Below are positions 26,979 to 32,000 of a DNA stretch of 32,000 nucleotides, piece by piece (the first letter of the stretch is position 1; every line of letters begins with the position of its first letter). A program made the translations under genes and the position numbers. Source of the stretch: Candidatus Nitrosopumilus sp. SW (lineage in GTDB: Archaea; Thermoproteota; Nitrososphaeria; Nitrososphaerales; Nitrosopumilaceae); NCBI RefSeq assembly GCF_006740685.1, contig NZ_CP035425.1, forward strand, positions 101,687-133,686, given 5' to 3'. The notes below the pieces were generated by a model that saw only the letters and a program-made list of their open reading frames with translations, did not search any database and was not told the DNA's origin.

Positions 26979-27000
26979 ACTCAGTTTTGTCATTTCAACT

Positions 27001-27021
27001 AGGGGCACAAGCCCCTTTTTT
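27001..27021 (+). terminator. Intrinsic-terminator-like hairpin AGGGGC-ACAA-GCCCCT plus T-run
   Basis: A perfect 6-bp GC-rich stem (27001-27006 with 27011-27016), a 4-nt loop and T6 (27016-27021). Confidence 0.55.
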
Positions 27022-27297
27022 ATCAGACTTTCAAGACATCCTATTGTTTAATACAAAATAATTTGTGTTTTTTTCATGAAATTAAACCCAATATTGAACA
27101 GGGAGTTAATCACAGGTACTGCAACAAAAAGGGCAGAAAGTGATGAATAACATCATGATCCCAGTTAACAGATTAATGGACTAGTTCTAAGATGTTTTTT
27201 GGCAATATTTCTGTCCAAAAACCCCCCTATTTTGGCAGAAAATGTATGTTCAGATGGACAAGCAGAAGGTAAAATCACAATATCTTGCTAAAAAAAT

Positions 27298-27453
27298 ATG
27301 AAAATTGATTCTTTACAGATTAATGAGAATGCAATAAACGAATCATTTGAAACTACCAACAACTTGTTTGATAGTTTCAGGATACTTTCATCTGAAATAT
27401 TTGCTCAATTTTCAGAGTTTATTGGAGAGTTTGCTCAAAATTTTCTAAAATGA
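27298..27453 (+). CDS. Small acidic ORF, 51 aa
   Basis: My own translation: MKIDSLQINENAINESFETTNNLFDSFRILSSEIFAQFSEFIGEFAQNFLK. It is the only clean ORF in an otherwise low-coding stretch. Confidence 0.25.
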   Translation: MKIDSLQINENAINESFETTNNLFDSFRILSSEIFAQFSEFIGEFAQNFLK

Positions 27454-27466
27454 TGTATTTCCAGAA

Positions 27467-27570
27467 TTATGCCTAGGCGTTAAACCCCCCATTAATTTTA
27501 GCATAATTAGGCACAATACCATTTTTTCAAAATTAGGTATTTGGAGGGGGGGTTGAACACTTATGCCTAG
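27467..27570. repeat. 84-bp inverted-repeat element flanked by 10-bp direct repeat TTATGCCTAG
   Basis: The direct repeats are at 27467-27476 and 27561-27570. The termini GCGTTAAACCCCCC (27477-27490) and GGGGGGGTTGAACAC (27546-27560) are inverted, matching at 12 of 14 positions. Confidence 0.5.
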
Positions 27571-27790
27571 ATATGAAATGCAATCCTCAAACCACCTAGA
27601 TGTCCCAGCTAAACATGTATGATCTTTTTGAGTCGTGCCTGGGAGCTAAACCCCTATTTTTAATGAAAAATTACCAAAAAATTTCCAAAAAACAGACCAA
27701 AATAGGCCAAAAAAAGGCCAAGATGGAATGCAAGATCTGGTCAAAATTCCGTGGATTTTATGTCATAAAGTGTCGTAATACTATCAGAGT

Positions 27791-27848
27791 TTAGGCCCCT
27801 GCCCCTCTCACTTGTGCAATTTTGCACCGGGGTCTAAGCACTTTTTTT
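27791..27848 (+). terminator. Compound GC-rich hairpin followed by T7
   Basis: The outer stem pairs TTAGGCCCC (27791-27799) with GGGGTCTAA (27829-27837), including one G-T wobble. The inner hairpin is GTGCA-ATTT-TGCAC (27814-27827). T7 lies at 27842-27848. Confidence 0.5.
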
Positions 27849-27889
27849 CCAAACATTGCAACTATATATCAAAAAAATCATGATTTTTT

Positions 27890-28378
27890 GTGGCAGGTTT
27901 AGGGGTAATCATAGTGATTGGAGCCATACTTGTTTCAATGGGGGCTGCAATGTACACATACACACAATATCAAACAAACTTTATTGAAACTACAGCAGGG
28001 GAAATAGTCACTGTTGGACCTGTAGAATACACAATTACATTTGAGGGAACACATGAAGGAGATAAAGAGACACAACCAGAAAATACATTTGTGATGATAG
28101 GAATTACTGCAAAATACATAGGAGATGAGGAAAGAACTCTACTCTCAGGAGGACAATTTTACATTGTTGATGAAAAGGAGCAAAAACATGAAGCAGTTTA
28201 TGGTGAATTTTCTTCAAAAGATCTTCTTTTAGAATGGTTAGAGCCCAACAAACCAGTAGAAAAAACAACACAATTTGACATTCCATTTGATGAAGAAAAA
28301 ATATACAAAATAATTATCAGACCACAAAAAGAACAATCAACAGTTGATACTGCACTAGTTTGCATAACAAATTGTTGA
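27890..28378 (+). CDS. Membrane-anchored beta-sandwich protein (DUF4352-like)
   Basis: 162 aa with a GTG start. After an N-terminal TM helix come 'FVMIGITAKYIGDEERTL', 'FYIVDEKEQKHEAVYG' and 'LEPNKPVEKTTQFDIP', a pattern like DUF4352 extracellular domains. This is from memory and tentative. Confidence 0.5.
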   Translation: MAGLGVIIVIGAILVSMGAAMYTYTQYQTNFIETTAGEIVTVGPVEYTITFEGTHEGDKETQPENTFVMIGITAKYIGDEERTLLSGGQFYIVDEKEQKHEAVYGEFSSKDLLLEWLEPNKPVEKTTQFDIPFDEEKIYKIIIRPQKEQSTVDTALVCITNC

Positions 28379-28479
28379 TCGGAAAATTAAAAATCAAAAA
28401 TAATTGTCAAATTTTTCTATAGTTTACGTAATAATGTGTGACTTTTACCATATAACACACATCATTTTTGAAAAAAATC

Positions 28480-28884
28480 ATGGCAATATCTAAAGCCAAA
28501 AGAGCCGAAGCAGCTAAAAAAGCAGCACGAACTCGAAAGAGAAATGCAGCTAAAAAAGCAGCTGAAGCAGCAGCAGCAGCAGCATCTCGTAAGAGAAAAG
28601 CAGCACGAAGAAGAAATGCAGCTAAAACAGCAGCACCAAAACGACGTACTGCAGCTAAACGTAAGGCAGCTCCAAAGAGGAGAACTGCAGCTAAACGTAA
28701 GGCAGCTCCAAAGAGAAAAACTGCAGCTAAAAGAAAAGCAGCTCCAAAGAGAAAGGCAGCACCAAAACGCAAAGCCGCTCCAAAGAGAAAAACTGCAGCT
28801 AAAAGAAAAGCAGCTCCAAAGAGAAAGGCAGCACCAAAACGCAAAGCCGCTCCAAAGAGAAAGGCAGCTAAACGTCGACGTTAA
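28480..28884 (+). CDS. Ala/Lys/Pro/Arg-repeat, histone-H1-like basic protein
   Basis: 134 aa from the ATG at 28480 (context AATCATGGCA); the track starts at TTG 28468. There are about 9 tandem AAKRKAAPKR(K/R)(T) units and almost no residues other than A, K, R, P and T. Confidence 0.6.
   Translation: MAISKAKRAEAAKKAARTRKRNAAKKAAEAAAAAASRKRKAARRRNAAKTAAPKRRTAAKRKAAPKRRTAAKRKAAPKRKTAAKRKAAPKRKAAPKRKAAPKRKTAAKRKAAPKRKAAPKRKAAPKRKAAKRRR
28648..28863. repeat. Tandem DNA repeats inside the H1-like gene (2 x 36 bp, then 2 x 72 bp)
   Basis: The 36-bp units are 28648-28683 and 28684-28719 (2 mismatches). The 72-bp units are 28720-28791 and 28792-28863 (71/72 identical). Confidence 0.9.
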
Positions 28885-28928
28885 GCTGTCTATGCTAACT
28901 TTTTTATGATTTACATCCTACATTTATT

Positions 28929-28956
28929 ATGTTTCTAAACTCGAATTTAGAAACAT
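28929..28956. repeat. Palindromic repeat copy 4 (ATGTTTCTAAACTCGAATTTAGAAACAT)
   Basis: It lies between the convergent gene ends at 28884 (+) and 28966 (-). It is 28 bp with one central mismatch. Confidence 0.85.
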
Positions 28957-28965
28957 TCTATATTG

Positions 28966-29370
28966 TTACTCAGAGATTTTCAATTCAGGTAAAACAAAAA
29001 CTTTGTTTGGTTTTATTTTTAGTATAACTCTTTTTTCATCATCACGTTTGAAAGGATAATGTTCACGTCCCATGTATTGTTGTGTTAATTTGTCTGCATG
29101 TTTGTAATCGTAGTCTGGAATTAATTCTTCAACAACTCCACGGATAGTTGCCATGTCAAGAGGATTATCTTTTGATACAACGGAAACTGCAACTCTAGGA
29201 TCACGTAAAACGTTTTTGTGTTTAATTCTGCCTTCTGCAGTATTTACCAAAACATAACCATCTTCAAAATTTGCCCAGACAGGTGAAACTTGTGGAGAAC
29301 CATCTTTCATTACAGTTGCAATATACACAAGATTTTTTTCAGAAAATAATTTTATAGCTTTTTCATCCAT
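28966..29370 (-). CDS. Pyridoxamine-5'-phosphate-oxidase-family (FMN-binding split-barrel) protein
   Basis: 134 aa with 'LVYIATVMKDGSPQVSPVWANFEDGYVLVNTAEGRIKHKNVLRDPRVAVSV'. Confidence 0.75.
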   Translation of the reverse strand: MDEKAIKLFSEKNLVYIATVMKDGSPQVSPVWANFEDGYVLVNTAEGRIKHKNVLRDPRVAVSVVSKDNPLDMATIRGVVEELIPDYDYKHADKLTQQYMGREHYPFKRDDEKRVILKIKPNKVFVLPELKISE

Positions 29371-29683
29371 TTACCTCATCTCTCCATATTGTTGGAAGTT
29401 GTTCAATTTTTGTAATTATCTCAAGTGCTTTTTGGTTATCTTTTTCTTGCATTGCCACTGAAAACTCATATCCCAATCGGATCGCCTCAGGAGAAAGATC
29501 TTTTATTGATTCAAGATCTTTGCCTTCAATTTTTATTCTCTCTCCAATTGCACACATTTTCCAATTATCAGACATGTCCTGGTGTTCTTGACCAAGTTCT
29601 TGTTGAACATGATTACGCCAATTTGTAAGAGTCATCTTTTCGATTAGATCTTCTGTTTTTTGGCTGTAAAATACACGCACCAT
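29363..29683 (-). CDS. Hypothetical protein
   Basis: 106 aa. It overlaps the downstream PNPOx-like gene by 8 nt, so they share an operon. No family is recognised. Confidence 0.5.
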   Translation of the reverse strand: MVRVFYSQKTEDLIEKMTLTNWRNHVQQELGQEHQDMSDNWKMCAIGERIKIEGKDLESIKDLSPEAIRLGYEFSVAMQEKDNQKALEIITKIEQLPTIWRDEVNG

Positions 29684-29720
29684 ACAAGAATTTCTTACAA
29701 GAAATACTTAGGTGTAACGA

Positions 29721-30224
29721 TTATTTTTTGCCAGAATTCTCGAGGACATTTGTCATGGCGCGATTCATAATCTCCATTATCAAATACTGAGAATATTCTT
29801 CAGATTTTTTGCCTTTTGTTTTTCCAGTTTTTGGAGTTAATCCCTTGAGAATTTTTTCAATTTTTGTAGAGGTGTTATCGATGATTTTGGAATATTTTGA
29901 TTCAAAATCTTCAGGGGTTTGAAAATCAAGTAGCTTTGTAGAAGTGCTGTAAAATTTTGTAATAGCACCTCGAGATTCCTCAATTTTAACAATTTCAATT
30001 AATCCAGATTCTTTGAGAATCTCTAAATGATGACGGATTGTTGTTAATGCTTTTTTGAATCCAGATTTTTTTAATGTAGTTGTAATCTGATCAGCAGAGA
30101 GAGCTTGATGATATAATATCTCAACAATTTTTGCACGTGCAGGGTCTTCAATTGCTCGGGCGTGTTCAATACTTGTCGTAACAATACGATTTACTTTGAT
30201 TGGCTTTTCTAGTAACGTAGACAT
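29721..30224 (-). CDS. ArsR-family winged-helix transcriptional regulator
   Basis: 167 aa with 'AIEDPARAKIVEILYHQALSADQITTTLKKSGFKKALTTIRHHLEILKESGLIEIV' and an extra C-terminal helical region. Confidence 0.75.
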   Translation of the reverse strand: MSTLLEKPIKVNRIVTTSIEHARAIEDPARAKIVEILYHQALSADQITTTLKKSGFKKALTTIRHHLEILKESGLIEIVKIEESRGAITKFYSTSTKLLDFQTPEDFESKYSKIIDNTSTKIEKILKGLTPKTGKTKGKKSEEYSQYLIMEIMNRAMTNVLENSGKK

Positions 30225-30572
30225 ACTGAATTTACCTTTATTTCTGATCTAAAAGATCCTTGTATCATATTTTTTTGTCTAATCGCATCAATTTTTTTTC
30301 ATATCTAAAAAAATCATACCGCTATCAAATATACTGTTAGGACTACAATAATTATCATAGTGCAATCAATAAAAATAATACCACTACAATGTATCTTGTA
30401 CTGGATAAAGAATTATTGTAACGGTCTAAGATTTTTTGTAAAATATCAAAAAACCCATGATCATGGGACAAAGGTCTGAAAACATGCTATCAGGACATAA
30501 ATTTTCATATTTTCAAAAATACAATTCGAGTTGAAAGTTAACTACTAGTCAACATTAAATGTAAAAATGAAT

Positions 30573-31397
30573 CTACAAGGATTTACCAGAGATTTTTTCA
30601 TATGCAGTGACATAACGTTCTGTCATTTTAGAAATAATTTCAGAAGGAATTTCAGGTGCAAGTGGTTCTTGTCCGTTATCACGAGCATCATCAAATTGTT
30701 TTTGATATCCATTTGCAGTTAACCAATCTCGTAGGAGTTGTTTATCATATGCTTCTTGGATTTTTCCAACCTCAAAGGAGTCTTTTGGCCACAACCGATA
30801 TTCATCAGGACCAATAGAATCACCCAGAGTGATCTTACCATCTAAAATTCCAAATTCTAATTTCAAATCAGCCAAGATAAAACCAACATTATCTGCAATT
30901 GCAGCCATCTTTTTGTAAATTTCAATCGAAGTTTTTTCTAACCAATTGTATTGTTCTTCAGAAACAAGATTCATTTCAATTGCTTTTGTTTTGTCAATTG
31001 GAATATCATGTTCAGATTTGGTAGTAGGATCAAATATTGGCTCTGGAAGTTTTGCAGCAAGAGTAGTGTCAGTTCCCTCAGGAACTTTAACTTCACCTTT
31101 CTTCCATCTGCTTACCAAACTACCATAAAAATAACCACGTACTACACATTCTATTGGAAGCATTTTCATTTTCTTTACAAGTATCTCGGTTTCAGATTCA
31201 CGTTTAATGAAATGATTTGGAACATCTAGTTCATTGAACCAAAATTCAGCAAATTTGCATAGAACTTCTCCCTTCCTAGGAATATCTTGCTTGAATTTGA
31301 CATCATATGCAGAAACTCGATCAGAGAATTTGAAGAGTAAAGTGGTATCATCAACATCATAAAGATCCTTTACCTTTCCACTGGTAAGAAATTTCAA
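30573..31397 (-). CDS. purC: Phosphoribosylaminoimidazole-succinocarboxamide (SAICAR) synthase
   Basis: 274 aa with a TTG start. Motifs include '[10 protein letters not shown]', '[12 protein letters not shown]', '[10 protein letters not shown]' and '[10 protein letters not shown]'. Confidence 0.92.
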   Translation of the reverse strand: MKFLTSGKVKDLYDVDDTTLLFKFSDRVSAYDVKFKQDIPRKGEVLCKFAEFWFNELDVPNHFIKRESETEILVKKMKMLPIECVVRGYFYGSLVSRWKKGEVKVPEGTDTTLAAKLPEPIFDPTTKSEHDIPIDKTKAIEMNLVSEEQYNWLEKTSIEIYKKMAAIADNVGFILADLKLEFGILDGKITLGDSIGPDEYRLWPKDSFEVGKIQEAYDKQLLRDWLTANGYQKQFDDARDNGQEPLAPEIPSEIISKMTERYVTAYEKISGKSL

Positions 31398-31430
31398 GTA
31401 AAATTACTTTGTTTTTACAGAATTTAACTG

Positions 31431-31817
31431 CTAGGAACCCATCATGCCAACCATTTTGGGCATTTCACGGTAGGCCTTGTTAACAAATATGTCGTTATCA
31501 GCACTAATCATTACAAATTCCATAGAGTTTTCTGGAGGTGGAGATACGATGATCTTTTGCCCAACATTTAGAGTCTGAATATCCAAGATATCACCATCAC
31601 CAAAATTTATGTGGAGATTAGTTATTGGTTTGGCACCAATGTTTTGAATAGTAACTCGACCCATGGTAAACATTCCTTGCTCATCTAAAAGAGGGTCTAC
31701 AAAAATTTCATAATCTTGAGTGGTTACAGAAAACTTGAAAAAATCTGCACCAAAAACTGCACCAATTATCACAATTACCCCAATACCAACACAAAGAAGT
31801 GTAGTGTACTGTTTCAC
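31431..31817 (-). CDS. Membrane-anchored hypothetical protein
   Basis: 128 aa with a GTG start. It has an N-terminal TM helix (LLCVGIGVIVIIGAVFG) and a beta-rich ectodomain. No family is recognised. Confidence 0.5.
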   Translation of the reverse strand: MKQYTTLLCVGIGVIVIIGAVFGADFFKFSVTTQDYEIFVDPLLDEQGMFTMGRVTIQNIGAKPITNLHINFGDGDILDIQTLNVGQKIIVSPPPENSMEFVMISADNDIFVNKAYREMPKMVGMMGS

Positions 31818-31851
31818 AAAAACCCTATAGTATTTCTAATAATTAAATTGG

Positions 31852-31998
31852 TTACTTTACTTCAACGCCATTCCAAAATGCAACCATGCCCTTTATCTTC
31901 ATAGCAGCATCATTTGGTTCTGCATAATACCATGCACAATCTTTGTTTGTTTTTCCATTAACTGTTACAGAGTAATAATTCGCCATTCCTTTCCATCC
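31852..31998 (-). CDS. DUF427-domain protein, C-terminal part (5' end outside window)
   Basis: My own translation: ..GWKGMANYYSVTVNGKTNKDCAWYYAEPNDAAMKIKGMVAFWNGVEVK*. The 'AWYY..P...A..IKG.VAFW' pattern is DUF427-like. Confidence 0.55.
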   Translation of the reverse strand, partial: GWKGMANYYSVTVNGKTNKDCAWYYAEPNDAAMKIKGMVAFWNGVEVK

Positions 31999-32000
31999 AC

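Noticed and set aside
27138-27190. A possible C/D-box sRNA (GTGATGA at ~27140)
   Set aside because: There is no CTGA D box or C'/D' arrangement at the appropriate distance.
27217-27660. An archaeal replication origin (ORB elements with G-strings flanking an AT-rich unwinding element)
   Set aside because: The inverted G/C runs superficially resemble ORB G-strings. However, I see no ORB core resembling the TCCA..GGAAA-type motif I recall, and no orc1/cdc6 gene in the window.
27600-27794. A 64-aa track ORF (MSQLNMYDLFESCLGAKPL...) ending inside the terminator stem
   Set aside because: It reads through one of the TAAACCCC repeat copies and has an odd Lys-rich composition. It could be real because a terminator follows immediately, but the support is insufficient for a call.
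28407-28909. A 145-aa ORF on the minus strand (FGAAFLLAAV repeats) and a 121-aa ORF in another + frame (QLKEKQLQRE repeats) overlapping the H1-like gene
   Set aside because: These are shadow ORFs created by the periodic GCN/AAR tandem repeat. The Ala/Lys frame has the ATG with the recurrent AATCATGGCA context and a TATA-like box, whereas the Phe/Gly/Ala-rich antisense product lacks a credible start region.
25517-28956. Whether the four palindromic repeats could be a CRISPR array
   Set aside because: The spacing is wildly irregular (about 46 bp, 610 bp and 2.7 kb), the intervals contain genes, and no cas genes are present.
25440-29000. A tRNA-Asn-targeted prophage or integrative element
   Set aside because: There is no integrase, no capsid or replication genes, and I found no direct repeat of the tRNA 3' half downstream. 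It is kept only as a hypothesis to test by synteny, not as a feature call.

Overview
This is 32 kb of AT-rich archaeal chromosome. The gene content points to a Nitrosopumilus-type ammonia-oxidising thaumarchaeon: eS4 and RNase P Rpp29 inside the r-protein operon, proteasome alpha, an ESCRT-III/CdvB-like protein, a long-form HMG-CoA synthase and several extracytoplasmic thiol-disulfide proteins. This is an inference; no database search was possible. Most of the window is housekeeping. Layout: (1) 0-5.1 kb holds a DsbA-like protein, HMG-CoA synthase and orphan genes, including a MEDS-like protein, a stand-alone receiver domain and three sub-60-aa ORFs. (2) 5.1-7.2 kb holds a prohibitin/SPFH protein, a membrane-anchored wHTH protein and bioD. 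(3) 7.2-11.7 kb holds bioA, bioB and bioF, interrupted by a chain of four sub-60-aa ORFs, two of which are tandem paralogous C2H2-like mini zinc fingers. (4) 11.9-13.8 kb holds CcdA plus a DipZ-like thioredoxin protein. (5) 13.9-17.2 kb holds a CdvB-like protein, DUF371, psmA and a SPOUT methyltransferase. (6) 17.3-25.1 kb is a tightly coupled 16-gene r-protein operon running uL3 to uL6, with no uL2. (7) tRNA-Asn(GTT) lies at 25.44 kb. (8) 25.5-29.0 kb is the only accessory-looking block. It contains small orphan genes and four copies of a sequence-conserved 22-28 bp palindrome. It also has a ~0.9 kb low-coding stretch with C6/G7-run repeats, an 84-bp inverted-repeat element, and an Ala/Lys/Pro/Arg-repeat histone-H1-like protein built on 36/72-bp tandem DNA repeats. 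(9) 29.0-32.0 kb holds an ArsR-like/unknown/PNPOx-like operon, purC, a membrane protein and a partial DUF427 gene. I see no CRISPR array, transposase, integrase or recognisable defence system. The candidates worth following up are the repeat-punctuated block after the tRNA, the H1-like protein, the mini zinc-finger ORFs and a BirA-type operator-like site upstream of bioB.
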